A DNA stretch of 64,000 nucleotides, taken from the NCBI RefSeq assembly GCF_006345805.1, contig NC_043010.1, forward strand, positions 5,270,001-5,334,000, in the 5' to 3' direction. The stretch comes from Octopus sinensis. Lineage: Eukaryota. The position numbers were made by a program, and so were the translations under genes. The notes beneath the pieces are model-generated. The model was given only the letters and a program-made list of their open reading frames with translations, was not told the origin of the DNA and ran no database searches. Below are positions 34,223 to 47,708 of this stretch, piece after piece (position 1 is the stretch's first letter; each line of letters begins with the position of its first letter).

Positions 34223-34431
34223 AGTCAATTCAAATAAATGAATAAAGTTAACAGACAACAAGAGGATGTGCACAAGAAATGTGTTGACTTGATGCTTTGT
34301 GAAAAGAGAGAGAGTTTGATGTTTTAAGAATAGTTCTTCATTGGAAAGGGCAAAGGGAAAAGTCCAAAGAAGGAAAAGAAATCACTAGCAGTACATGAGC
34401 AGTTACATTGCTATATATATATACCACCCTT

Positions 34432-34766
34432 GGACTGGTGGTACGTAAAAAGCACTATCCGAATCGTGGCCGATGCCAGTGCCGCCTCGACTGGCTTCCG
34501 GGCCGGTGGCACGTAAAATGCACCAATCCGACCGTGGCCGTTGCCAGCCTCGCCTGGCACCTGTGCGGGTGGCACATAAAAAGCACCCACTACACTCTCG
34601 GAGTGGTTGGCGTTAGGAAGGGCATCCAGCTGTAGAAACATTGCCAGATAAGACTGGAGCCTGGTGCAGCCTTCTGGCTTCCCAGATCCCCGGTCGAACC
34701 GTCCAACCCATGCTAGCATGGAGAACGGACGTTAAACGATGATGATGATGATGATGATGATGATGA
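34432..34766 (+). mobile_element. Family C copy (young, CpG-rich)
   Basis: Internal units, GGCGTTAGGAAGGGCATCCAGCTGTAGAAAC, (GAT)n tail. Confidence 0.9.
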
Positions 34767-34799
34767 CATATATATATATATATATATCTGTATATAATC

Positions 34800-35240
34800 A
34801 ATAATAATAAAGGGTAAAATTAATTAATCAATTAATGATTAATAATTTCACCAAGTAGTATTGGGTATGTTAAAAAGACCGTTAGCAGTAAACTTAAACA
34901 ATATTTAAGGTGGGTAGGTGAGGGAGAATACGGGACCTCATTCGTATGTTTTGAATTCGTCGGTACTGGTCATGGATATAGTTAGTCTGATGATACTTGA
35001 GTTAGATAGGTATGTTCAGTTTTTTCAGGGCTCTCAAATTTAAAAATCCTGAAATACTGTGCTGAGGAGGAAAATGATTAGAATGGAAATGTGATTCTTG
35101 CATTTTTCATATCTATCTAATTCCAAAACGTGTCCATCGTTAATCAAATGCCGAGTGAATTTCGTTGTTTTTCCTCTCTGCATACATGAATTGTTTTTGA
35201 GTATATATTGTCTGGGAGTTGTTTCCTTCAGTAGAAGAAA
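34800..35240 (-). mobile_element. Possible Penelope-like GIY-YIG/3' remnant next to (TA)n
   Basis: Frameshifted minus-strand pieces TTKFTRHLINDGHVLELDRYEKCKNHISIL and LKYHQTNYIHDQ; resemblance judged by eye only. Confidence 0.35.
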
Positions 35241-35364
35241 TACCTAGGTTATTTGGCTGCTATTTCTAAAGTTCGGTGTGTGGTGAAGCAAATATTTTGC
35301 CTAACCCTAATTATAATTATACTCATAATTATAATAAATATTGTATTATTTTTTATTTATTTTT

Positions 35365-35815
35365 TTTTATTTATCTAGTTTCAGCTCACAAGCTGTGGCC
35401 ATGCTGGGGCACCGCCATTTGGTGTTGCTACATGATTTTACTTCACGAATGCTTTTTAGCAATTGCCATTTGGTGCATGAGAGAGTTCGATGCAGCTGCC
35501 CTCATCTGCACCTCCTGCCGTGAAGTTGGTTCATCTGGGATACCTGACAAGAAGAGATCCAGTTTCATTTTAAAGACATCTGCATCCACCCCATGCAGGT
35601 CTCTTAGGTTCTTCGGGGGGATATTGAAGAGCTGTAGGCCTCGGAAGCCCAGGCTATCACAGTATCTTGTCCTACATCTTGATGGCAAATTTGGAGTCCT
35701 TGGCACTATGCAGTGGCGCCCAGTTCTGGCATTTGTATAACTCTCGATGCCAAAGTGTGGGACAAGTCCTTCTAGGATCTTCCAGATGTATATTATGGCA
35801 TATATATTATGGTAT
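35365..35815 (-). mobile_element. CR1-clade-like LINE 3' end with 3' UTR and tail
   Basis: IIYIWKILEGLVP..RHCIVPRTPNLPSRCRTRYCDSLGFRGLQLFNIPPKNLRDLHGVDADVFKMKLDLFLSGIPDEP..AAASNSLMHQ (stop 35443-35445), then 3' UTR ending GGCGGTGCCCCAGCATGGCCACAGCTTGTGAGCTGAAAC and an A-rich tail. Confidence 0.85.
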
Positions 35816-36770
35816 ATTATGGTATATATATTCTCTAATTCTTTTCCTCACCGTTCTCTCTCTGTCCTTCTCTCTTCCTAACTCTTCTTCATATACTCTC
35901 TCATTGCTCACATGTGACCATCGAGCATCTTTCTTTTCCTAACTTGAGTTTCTTTCTTTCCTTTTGATCAGCTACAGAGATAAGATGCATTCTTTTCTGT
36001 CTCCTGTCAAAGCTTGTTCCTCCACCGTTCACCAACTCACCTTGTTATGGCTTAGCAGCCCTTACTGTTTGTTTTCCCTGTCCTATTTTTGTTACCAGCT
36101 TTGACCCTCTGTAAATCCCAAATTTTATTTGATTTGCTTTGTGGGAGCAACTGTTTTGAAGAAGGCACATCTTGTCGTAATTGCTCGAAATGCAGACGAG
36201 ATAAAACAGCTGACAACTTGCTACTTGTTTTGTTTACCATTTGTTTCTTTCATTGTTCACAAGAAAAGTTTGTATTCTATGTTGTCATATTTCGTATTTC
36301 ATATTATTAAAGTACCTGTCAAATACCATAGTCAATAGCTTCAACTAAACAACTTTCCCCAAAATTGCAGTTTTTGCCCTTAACTCAGCTAACAATTATT
36401 GTTACTATTATTGTAGATGAGAGAGAAAGAGAATGTGAGAAAGGGGGAAGAAGAAAGAAAGAAAGAACGAAAGAAAGAAAGACTATTACAAAGAACATAA
36501 AATCTGCAGGCATTAAAGTCATAGAACACCTATTACTTACCCTGTCATTATTAAAACAATTATGTTTATTATTAAAGGGTTTTGAGTTCAAATCTACAGA
36601 AGGTATTTTGTAGAGTTTCAAGCAAGGAATCTTAATGCCACATGTCTAACTTCCTCTTGCTTTTGGGGTTAGTTTTAAGATGTAGTTCTTGGGCTTGAAA
36701 CTAGATCAAAGATGCCTTGTTGTACATAAGGCAGCCTAACACAACAATGAGCACGATGATGATGATGATC

Positions 36771-36803
<33 letters not shown>

Positions 36804-37149
36804 TAATAATAATAAAATGTTGCTTTTTTTATTTGCCACTAAGTAGATGAAGGGATATTGCAAGAATAATAATTTCAATATCAATAAGAGTAGCAATTAT
36901 AATGATAAATGTATCTTTATGTATATAACAATAAACAGAATTTATTTACATATTTACACCTAAATGTGTTTGTGTACGTGTGTATGGATATGTATATAAA
37001 TATATGTATATATAAATCTATATATATATATCTTTGCATATATATGTATGTCTGTACGTATGCATGCCATGTATGTGTGTCTGTATGTATGCATGTTTAT
37101 GTGTATATGTATCTAAATATCCATTTGTATTTTTGTTTATGTTTGTCTA

Positions 37150-37289
37150 TTTACCTGCCTACCTATCTACATGTCTACCAACCTATTTATCTACCTACCT
37201 ATCTATTTATTTGTCTACCTATCTATCTACTTATCTATCTGTCTATCTATCTATCTACCTATTTATCTATCTATCTATCTATCTATCTC

Positions 37290-37356
<67 letters not shown>

Positions 37357-37380
37357 GTCTATCTATTTATCTATATATCT
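37150..37380. repeat. (CTAT)n array
   Basis: Direct reading. Confidence 0.95.
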
Positions 37381-38396
37381 TTATAAATATATAAATATAC
37401 ATGTATATATTTATGTGTGTATATGTGTGTGTGTGTGCATGTATGTATGTATATCTATATACATATTACATGCACACATATATGTTTGAATTGTATAAAG
37501 TTGAATTGGTATACGTATGTATGAATGTGTGTTCATGTGTGTTCATGTGTGTACATATTCATGTGTGCAAATGAATGGATGCATCTTTATGTATGGATTT
37601 TATGTCTGTATTTATATGTATTAAAGTATATGCAATAAGGCATCTAAGTATTAATGTTCATATATGTGTGAATTAATGTGTGTGTGAGTGTTAGAATATA
37701 TAGGCTTATGATATAGGATTTTAGAAGCTATGTTTTTATTTGTATTTTATTTTATTACCTTCAGAAAAGATTTAATATTTTATCATCAATAAACACACTT
37801 ATGCCAACCAACAATATAATGATGCCTCGAAGGCACGGAGAACCAAAATTCCTTTTTTTAAAAATGGAGCCAGCAATCACCATTTGAACAGGACAGTATG
37901 TTTTGTGGAAACAGCAATAAATTGTTAGCTTGCTTATTGAGTTCCACAATCATAAAACACCAAAAGAATAAACGAAAGGCTTCTTGGTATTGTTGCTAAA
38001 ATGTCGGTTAGCATTCCTTGCTGAAAGATAAATGGTTTCAAAATGGTTAGAAAGTAGAGGATAATTCTATAACTGTACTTGAGTAATTGACTGATTCGTC
38101 AGTCATTTTTTTTTGCCTTTTTCATTTTCCTTTTCCTTTTTCTTTTTTTTTTTTCCGTTATTGATATATTGAAGAAAGCATGATAACATGACTTAGAGAG
38201 AAACTATTGTGATTATCATCACTCGGAAAGAGTGTACGCACATTATTACATTTAGTGCAATCAAACATAAATAAATATACACATACCTATGTATGTATAT
38301 ATATATATGTGCATATATGTGTATATATCTATATATCTCTATCTATCTATCTATCTATATATATTATATATATATATTATATATATATATATATAT

Positions 38397-38490
<94 letters not shown>

Positions 38491-38525
38491 CACACTCATA
38501 CATAAAAACCTATATATGTATATGC

Positions 38526-38608
<83 letters not shown>

Positions 38609-40122
38609 CACACACACATACACACACACGCACACATGTGCATGTATATAAATATATGTATATGTATGTTTGTAGGTATCTATATTTATTCATGTGTGTG
38701 TGTGTGGGTGTAAATAAAAACAGAGAAGAAAACGTTACAGGAAGAAAGAAAGAACAAAGAGAAAAACAAACCCTTTAAACTGTTCTACATCGTAATCTAG
38801 AAGAGGTTTAGCTTACCTTTTATTTTATTTGTGTATTGTCTCATATTCATTCTAATCTTAACAAGCAACACTAAATACACAAGAAGTAAACTGAAAGAGA
38901 AAAGAAATAAGAGAGAGATAGGGAGGGAAAGAGAGTAAGAAAGGAGGAAGGGTAAAAGGAGATGGGGAAAGATGTTAGGAAATATCCAAGAACAGAAGCG
39001 ATTAACAAAATAGTGTGTTATCCCATAATTAGCCAGAGTATGGTCGGTGCGGTAGTGAACGGGTTGTGTGAAATAATGACTGTTATTTCAGGAGGAAGAA
39101 AGAAGAAAGAACTGGAAGAACTAAGAATATTAATAAGCTCCATCTTACATTGTCTAAAATAATATACAAATAAAAAAGAAGAAGAAAAAAAGAAAAAAAG
39201 AAAAGCAAAAGAAACCCAGAGAAAGATAGAAGAAGACAAGCAAAGTTGCGGTGCCACAGAAATGTACATTGTTAACAGAGACAGGAAAAAGAAAGAAGAA
39301 AAAAAAGATAAAAGCAAGAAAAAGTTACAACGAAAGAAAAGACACAAGAATGCGGGTCACACATTTTAGTGCAAGTTGCACATCATTTGTGATCTGATGC
39401 AGCAATCGACTTTGGTGCTGCTTTACAACATCAATGTGAAGAAGTGTATTTTTATTATGCGTCCATTTCCTCTGCAAGTGGTATATTACCATTATTATTA
39501 TAGACATAAAGGAGGTGAATTCTTCAGAAATGGTGATCAGCTTTCAAATACATGTAAGCTCTTGGATTTGAAGAAACTCCGAAATGAAGGAAGGGATTGA
39601 AGTTACAGCTAAAATATGACATTAGAAAATAATAAATTCTTTACACCTATTCAAAGAATCTCTCTTTTCAGCAGTGATGTTTGAAAGGTATCAATGAAGA
39701 GATCTTTAACGTGAAGGTTCCATGCTGGTTACTATAATTGTACAGCATTTATGTATCAGCATGAATAATAGCTGGCTTCAGTCTTCAATGAGTAAAAGTA
39801 AATGTCAACGTAGTCATCTTGGGTGTTGAAAAAAAAAATATATCAGAACGTACAGGTGTTCGTCCATTATTTTAATCCAGCGTATTGTGGATTCCTTATT
39901 TTTAGTTTTTTTTTTTGTTTTTTGTTTTTTAATGGAAATGGCTTTTAACACTTTTGTTCTATAATAATTGAAATACATAAAGAGGTTCCTACATGGAATG
40001 TATTAACTTTTTCCAGATTCCTGCAATGCACAAAATGACATTTTTTTTCCCTATTGTTTTCGGTTTCTCTATTTTTTTATGGATGTGCTTAGAATGAACA
40101 TAATTGTTTTGATAATGTTGAC

Positions 40123-40156
<34 letters not shown>

Positions 40157-40454
40157 CACACACAGACAGACAGACAGACAGAGACAGAGAAAGACAGAGA
40201 CAAGGAGACAGTATGCATTTATTGACTTTAGCATCTTCAGAATATAAATGCTCTTCTTTACATTTTCCATGGTCTTCTCCCTCTAATTCTCTTTCTCTCA
40301 ACTTCCACCTGTGTTTATCTGTCTATCTATACATATACCTGTCTTTTTATCTCGCCATGTATTTCATTATCTATCTATCTACCTGCCTGTCTGTCTGCCT
40401 GTCTATCTATCTATCCATTTGTGTGCCTGTCTGTCTATCTATCTGTTTATCTAT

Positions 40455-40496
<42 letters not shown>

Positions 40497-40501
40497 GTCT
40501 A

Positions 40502-40538
<37 letters not shown>

Positions 40539-41200
40539 TTATCTGTCTGTCTGTCTCTGTGTGAGTGTGTGTGTGTGAGTGTGTGTGTGTGTTGTGTGTG
40601 TGTGTGTGTGTGTTGTGTGTGTGTGTGTGTGTGTGTGTGCATGTGTATCTTCAAAAATAAATTAACTTTATTTCTGACACGGCTCTATTTAATCAACCTA
40701 CTCCAAATAGATTGTGTCAGATAAAAGATAAAGCATTTTACAGGATTCTTCATTTCTGGCAGAAATTGAATAAATGTGTTCACTCCTTTAGGTTACTAAA
40801 TCACATACATTTGAAATGATGATAAAAAAGACCCAGCATCGAAATAAAGATTTTTGAAAATTCTGAAGACTATATCATATCCAATACAGAAGTGAGAGAA
40901 ATGACAGCCAATGGGCTACAAGTTGAAATTCACTGTTTGGCATTTTGTAGAGTTTCAGGTGTGTATGAGAGACATTCTGGAATAGCTGTTTTGGTGCTGC
41001 CTGTTTGGCATTGTTGATTCGATAAGGGTCAGCAAACATGGGTAAATTACCCCAAGTGGGGTAGAAATGAAATTTTTAGAGATAATGAGGATTCATTAGA
41101 CGTAAGTAAAATTATATAAAAAAAAAGGTGTTCCTAGTTACGACAAAAATTTTACTTCTGGCATGAAGAGGCAGTCAAAATGGTTCTGCTTTTTGCAACA

Positions 41201-41536
41201 GGGAAGCACTCCATCGGTTACGACGACGAGGGTTTGTGAAATTAACGTGTAAGTGGCTGAGCACTCCACAGACACGTGTACCCTTAACGTAGTTCTCGGT
41301 GATATTCAGTATGACACAGAGAGTGACAAGGCCGGCCCTTTGAAACAGGAAGTAAGAGTGAGAGAAAGTTATGGTGAAAGAGTACAGCAGGGATCACCAC
41401 CATCCCTGCCGGAGCCTCATGGAGCTTTAGGTATTTTCGCTCAATAAACACTCACAACGCCCAGTCTGGGAATCGAAACCGCGATCCTACGACCGCGAGT
41501 CCGCTGCCCTAACCACTGGGCCATTGCACCTCCACT
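41201..41536 (-). mobile_element. tRNA-derived SINE family E with 11-bp TSD
   Basis: Minus head GTGGAGGTGCAATGGCCCAGTGGTTAGGGCAGCGGACTCGCGG..GGTTTCGATTCC; TSD TTTTTGCAACA at 41190-41200 and 41537-41547; two short deletions relative to 59423-59812. Confidence 0.9.
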
Positions 41537-41764
41537 TTTTTGCAACAACCTACCTTTGCAAACAAAGATTTATCCAACCCAATGGACGTAAAAACAAAGC
41601 AGTATAATCGATTGGATCCTGAAGACTGTATCCTAATTGCTCTCTATCATCAAAATGCTCCAATTTTGAAGTAATCATAACAAAAAGGAAACAACATTAT
41701 TTCTCCAAAACCTGAAGTGAAAAGGTTTCTAGAAAAATCCTTTTGTTTCATGATGAGAATATTA

Positions 41765-42329
41765 TTGGGTTGTCCGGAAAGTTTGTGCCGATTTATACTA
41801 GCTTACCTTTTGACTTATTTTAGAACATGGTTGAGTCCATAAAATAGGATTTGACTACACCTCCATTTAGAGCACAGTTTAAGCTATCTTTTCGTGGAAG
41901 AAGGTTTATGTTCCTATAACCTGTGTTAATTCTGTAACCCTTTAAAATGGAACATAAGAAAGTTCATTTTCGGCACTTGATGCTTTGAGAACCAGACAAA
42001 AACTGCAGCAGCTTGGCTGGGATATGTTACCCCACCTCCATATTCACCAGATATTGCTCCTTCAGATTTCTACTTATTCAGGTCTCTGCAGAAAAGTCTT
42101 AATGATAAAAATTTCAATTCCTTGGATGATGTAAAAAGATACCTTGATGAATTCTTTGCCCTGAAACCACCTCAATTCTTGGAAGAGGGTATTTTCAAGT
42201 TAAAGGAAAGATGGAGACGCATTGTGCAACAAAATGGTTCATATTTGGTTGAGTAAAAATGTAATGGCAAGTATTTATTGACCTTTTTCTTTCCTTTAAA
42301 AATCGGCACGAACTTTCCGGACAACCCAA
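41765..42329 (+). mobile_element. Non-autonomous, internally deleted mariner, copy 3
   Basis: Same TIRs and deletion junction; right TA mutated to CA. Confidence 0.95.
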
Positions 42330-42520
42330 CAATTTATTTTATTGCATTTGTTTTACATTTTTTATATTTGTATTTGTATTCTCTATATAAATAGATTCAA
42401 TAAAAGTTTTGAATTCGAAGAACCTATGATAATTTCCTTTCAAATCAAGGGGGTAATGTTGGCATAAATTAATAAATTTTGTAGTAATTGGTTTAAAAAA
42501 TTCCTCAACACCTGTTTTAA

Positions 42521-42742
42521 CCCTTTAGCATTCAGATTACTCTGTCAAATGTAATTCTTATTTAGTAACATATTGTTTTGAATTAATCATGCACTATATT
42601 CTAGCAAAGAGATTGCAATGATATGATTGTTTGTTTTTAAAATGACATTGTTGGAAAGAGGTGTGAGTCTATATCTGGTCAGTTTGAGCATTAAACAGGT
42701 AGAATATTTGATCCAGATATGGCCTGTTTAAATGTTAAATGG
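42521..42742. mobile_element. piggyBac-like MITE (family 1)
   Basis: TTAA|CCCTTTAGCATT ... AATGTTAAATGG|TTAA; inverted relative copy at 51375-51604. Confidence 0.75.
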
Positions 42743-42762
42743 TTAATCTTACTCTCAACCGA

Positions 42763-42810
<48 letters not shown>

Positions 42811-42881
42811 TTAAGTGTGTGGGTATGCTTCTCTTTTTATATTTGAGGAGAGGGAATTGTGTTAATTAATAAATTGTAATG

Positions 42882-42916
<35 letters not shown>

Positions 42917-43517
42917 ATATGTAAGAGCATCTAGTTACGATTGAATGTGAAATGTTCCCCTCTCTCTCTTTCTTCATTTCTCTCCTCCTTTCTCTCTCCA
43001 TCTCTCTCACTCTCCCACTCTCTCTCCATCTCTTTTTCCGCTCTCTTTCTCTCCTCCTCTCTCTCTCCGTCCCTCTCACTCTCCCACTCTCTCTCCATCT
43101 CTTTTCCCACTCTCTTTCTCTCCTCCTCTCTCTCTCCATCTCTATTTTTTCCCTCTCTCTTTCTATCCCTCTTTCTAATATATATATATATATTTCTGCA
43201 TGTATGTGCATGTGTGTATGTGTGTGTGGGGGGAGAGTGGGGTATGTGTACGTGTGTGCACATGGGTTTCCTTCCAGAACAAAAATTGCTTTATTGACAA
43301 AACAGGTTGAATGCCCAGTCAGCCAAATCGTCAGTATCCAAACAGCCACATTGAATTGTCTCATTCAATTCCAGGAAGAGACATTTAATTCTTCAGCAAG
43401 GTTTTCATATCAGGTTTCAGGATTTTCTAGACAAGTTGCTAGCAATAAATAAGCTTCTTAAGAAAAAGATTGATCTCTCATTTTCCTTTTCCTTTTTCCT
43501 TTTTATTTACTGAGCAG

Positions 43518-43591
43518 TATCTAGAATCTTTGCAAGCTCGCTCTCTTAGACTGGTGAGATTTATGCCATTAACATTACTCTTGGACAATTT
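43518..43591 (+). CDS. Candidate small exon of unknown gene (YLESLQARSLRL[VRFMPLTLLLDN])
   Basis: Long polypyrimidine tract plus CAG acceptor; donors CTG|GTGAGA (43553) or TTT|GTAAGT (43591); one open frame; no homology recognised. Confidence 0.2.
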
Positions 43592-44118
43592 GTAAGTCAA
43601 TACTTGCAGAAATTCCAGAATGCTGATGTTCTCGGAAGGAAGGGCTCAGCGTAGTAGGGTCTGGTGGGTTTTTACAAAACAAAATTAATGATAGGAAGAA
43701 TGATTAGTAGAACAGAGATATTTGAATGTCTGTGGCATGATCTCAACCAGCTCTGAAGAGCAGAGGCCATTATAGTAGTACAAATGTAGAGAAAGAAGGC
43801 AGCATACTTGTGGGCCAGAGTTTGGAGCATTCTGGGAGTGACTTGGTTCTAATCAATCAGATGACTCTTTTCAGGATACAGTATAAGATAATTATGTGTA
43901 CAGTAGCTAATCTGTATCAGATATGAGGGTAATCACTGTCGGCCTCACTTGAGCTTTGCTTAATATTTCTGAAAGTGGAGATAAATATCAGCCCTACAGG
44001 TGTCATGATCTGTTCCCTACCCCCATCTCCTTAGCCTCTAACATGGTGAGTAGACCTTTTTAAAATTGTTGACCATGTAAACCATCTCACCTGATACCCT
44101 CTTCCTTCTGTTCCAGCA

Positions 44119-44296
44119 AAGTCCTGTTCTGATCTGAATATAAACACCATTTTGTAACAGAAGAATTCTTTTCTGGTTTGGACTAAAACACTAGTTTGTG
44201 ACAGAAAAGTTCTGCTCTGGTCTGACTGTAAACACTAATTTACAATAGAAAATGTCTTGTTCTAAATCTGATCATAAACATCAATTTGTGACAGAA
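44119..44296. repeat. Degenerate ~44-bp tandem repeat, 4 units
   Basis: Units end ..TAAACAC(C/T)A.TTTGT(A/G)ACAGAA. Confidence 0.7.
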
Positions 44297-44303
44297 AGAT
44301 ACT

Positions 44304-44536
44304 TATTTCTTTATTACCCACAAGGGGCTAAACACAGAGGGGACAAACAAGGACAGACATAGGTATTAAGTCGATTACATCGACCCCAGTGCGCAACTGG
44401 TACTTAATTTATCGACCCTGAAAGGATGAAAGGCAAAGTCGACCTCGGTGGAATTTGAACTCACAGCGTAACGCAGACGAAATACCGCTAAGCATTTCGC
44501 CCGGCGTGCTAACGTTTCTGCCAGCTCGCCGCCTTT
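44304..44536 (-). mobile_element. Full-length monomeric SINE B with 15-bp TSD
   Basis: TSD TGACAGAAAGATACT at 44289-44303 and 44537-44551; CpG-rich head GGCGGCGAGCTGGCAGAAACGTTAGCACGCCGGGCG. Confidence 0.92.
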
Positions 44537-44944
44537 TGACAGAAAGATACTGTTGTCGATATGCCTGTTTCTCTGCTTTGTCTCAAATTGGCGTTTATGA
44601 TGTCTAATAGCACTTTTATATGTTTTGAAGAATATATCTGGTCACTTATTGAACTATCTGGACAATACTTCTGATCAATTGATCAAATATTGAACATTAT
44701 AGATTTATACATATGAAATAACAATAACATCATGAGATAAACTAGTAGAATCGTCAAAATATCAGATGAAATGTCATGCAGTATTTGTTCTGGATCTCCG
44801 GTCTTAGGGTTCAACTCCCGCTGTGCTTAACTTTGCCTTTCATCCTCCTGAGGTCAATAAATAAAGTTTTAGTCAAGTACTAAGAGTACAATTCTTTTCA
44901 CTCACTTTCGCTCTTTTTCCCTCTTTCTTTCTCTCCTCCACTTC

Positions 44945-44980
<36 letters not shown>

Positions 44981-45889
44981 ATTTCTTGCTCCTATTTGAA
45001 ACAGAAAAGTAACACCACTCCACTACCACCTTCACTACCTCCACTACCGTCACTCTCAACACCACATCCACAACTGCCATCACCACCTCACCCAACAACA
45101 TCATTAACATTGTAACTGCCATCACCACCACCACCACCACCACCACCACCACCACCATTATCATCACCATCCCCTTCCCCACATCTTCATCCTCATCAAG
45201 ATTAAGGCATTAATGTTTTTCATGTAGGCACATACGCTTGAGTGAACCAGTAACATCTTTTTGGTGCATATATTTCTGATAATTGTGGCCTTAAAACTGA
45301 TTGCAGTTCCTTATATAAAGTGTAATAACCAAGACGTTTTTCTTAATAACCCAATTAAGTCTACTTTCCTGAATTATAGATGGATGCTGACAACTCATTG
45401 CTACTTTATGTGAAATTACTTTAAAATCCTTAGATTAAGCTAATGGATTTTCTTGCTTTTTTTTGTTTTTGTTTTTGATCTAAAAAGAAGACATCTACAT
45501 CTTCGTGAATGTTAAGCCATTGAAATAACCTATCATTGCAGTATTTCCTCATTATATGAAGGAAACATTATCATACACTCTGCTCCTAAATGTGAACATC
45601 ACACGAAACTGTCAGCTGCCTCTAAATGGTCATGGTTGCTCAAGTTGCTAGAAATAGTTGTCAAATCTCTCTCAAACTACACACCATTATTTTTTTATTT
45701 TAGGAAAAGACACATTTGATAATATCGACCTGAATTCCATGCACTTAGGGTGAAGATGGAAGGGTCATAGCTGGAATGCTTTTAATCATTGATCTGCTTG
45801 ATCAAGGATAGGTCAGAGCTAAACAGCAATTCAACTAGGACCAGAGCTGTGAACAGGAACTTTGACATGACTAGTTGTGTTTGATGATG

Positions 45890-46400
45890 CTGTCACATCC
45901 TAACAGCCAAGGCTAAAGCAATCAGAGCCAAGAAATGCCCAAAGTTTCTGTCATTCATGAAGCATCAAGGTAAAGGGAAAACTCTCGTGTTTGTGGATGA
46001 GAACAAGGTCACTGTGGATGCTGAGGTAAATCGTATAAATTCTTGAGTGATTGTATACAATCCTTCTGATGTTTCCCTGTGTTCGAGTCTAAGAATCCTG
46101 TCTCTGTGATGGTATTTGGAGTTGTGGTGAGTGATGGAAGTGTCATGGATCCACATTTCATTGAGTCTGGCTTGAAGATTGGCACAAAGGAGTATCTGGA
46201 CATCCTGAAGAATACTTTGTTACCTTGGATGGTGCAGAAGTTTGGGCTTAACAATGTGGTACTAATCCAGGATTCTGCACCATGCCATGGCTCAAAAGCA
46301 AATCAGGCCTTCTTTGGTGAGAAGGTGCTATTTTTTGTGAGAGAAAACATCCGGCCCAGTAAAGCCCAGTTCTCAACCTTTTCGATTACTTTGTATGAGC
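45890..46400 (+). pseudogene. DD37D (maT-type) Tc1/mariner transposase remnant
   Basis: KTLVFVDE..SVMVFGVVVSDG..KEYLDIL..VLIQDSAPCHGSK..SPVLNLFDY; 110 nt (37 codons minus one deleted base) between the Asp codons at 46271 and 46384. Confidence 0.85.
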
Positions 46401-46721
46401 AAGGACCAATTTTAAAATATTTTTGTTTTTTTTAATAATATTTTTGTTTCTTTTTATAAAATCTCAGAAAATAATTAAAAATTCACATTTTTTGTCAAAT
46501 TATTTTGTTATATTTGTCTATCTATCCTACTGTTAACAGTTTGAAGACCTGCATTGCAAGTGTAACACACAAAATGAAGAGGCAGAGGTTGTGGCATCTG
46601 CAAAAAAATTTCGTCCTCTATATTACATTAAAATTATATCTGTCTACTACCATTATTTTAGTATTTATAACCAGTTTTATGCATCGTAAAAATTGTCTCA
46701 ATTTATCTGCAAGACCCCGTA

Positions 46722-46856
<135 letters not shown>

Positions 46857-47339
46857 CATATATATATGTATGTATATATTTATGAATTATACTGAATTTA
46901 CATTTGCTACTTGACATTGCCAGCTTATATACATACATACGTCATTGTCATATAACCATTATTTTAATGTCTACATTTTCATACTTTCATGCATTAGATG
47001 AAAGAATGTAGAGGTAGATTTTTCTATAGCTGTGTACACCCTTCCTGATGCCAACCTTCACCCATTTCAAAGTGAGTAAATAATCTTCCACTGAAGTGAG
47101 AAAGCTTTGCCATGTTTTACATGGAAAGCTCAGAAGAAATTATGACAAAAACGCAAACACACATATATACACGCTTACACACATATGTGTATACACTAAG
47201 AAGTTTCTTAGGTCCTTTTAGAGCTATCATAAAAGGTGACATGCAGTAGGATTCAGCCCCAGAACATGTCATTGGATAGGGAACACCTTAAACACTCAGG
47301 CACACCTGCACTTGCCCCCCCCCCCCAGCTATTCCTATG

Positions 47340-47675
47340 CCTCTATGTGTATGTATGTATGTATGTATGTATGTATGTATATGTATGTATGTATGTATGA
47401 ATGTATGTATGTATGCCTGTATGTATGTATGTATGTATGTATGTATGTATGTATGTATGTGTGTATGTATGTATGTATGTATGTATGTATGACTGAATGT
47501 GTATATGTATGTATGCATGTATGTATGAATATATGTATGTAAGTATGAATGTATGTATGTATGCATGTATGTATGCATGTATGTATGTATGCATGTGTGT
47601 ATGTATGTATGTATGTATGTATGTATGTATGTATGTATGTATGTATGAATGTATGTATGTATGAATGTATGTATG

Positions 47676-47708
<33 letters not shown>

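Larger units (their letters stand above)
41024..42514 (+). mobile_element. Internally deleted hAT (Buster/Charlie-type) element with two nested insertions
   Basis: FWHEEAVKMVLLFA|TTYLCKQRF..MDVKTKQYNRLDPEDCILIAL..SSKCSNFEVIITKRKQH (hAT C-terminal domain) split by SINE E; ends only weakly TIR-like. Confidence 0.65.

Noticed and set aside
39504-39553. Possible 50-nt exon (HKGGEFFRNGDQLSNT)
   Set aside because: Acceptor lacks a pyrimidine tract and there is no recognisable homology.
44119-44296. C2H2 zinc-finger or other coding repeat
   Set aside because: The ~44-bp period is not a multiple of three and no Cys/His pattern appears.
44304-44536. Genuine tRNA genes at SINE heads
   Set aside because: A/B-box-like heads continue into SINE bodies with tails and TSDs; no complete cloverleaf.
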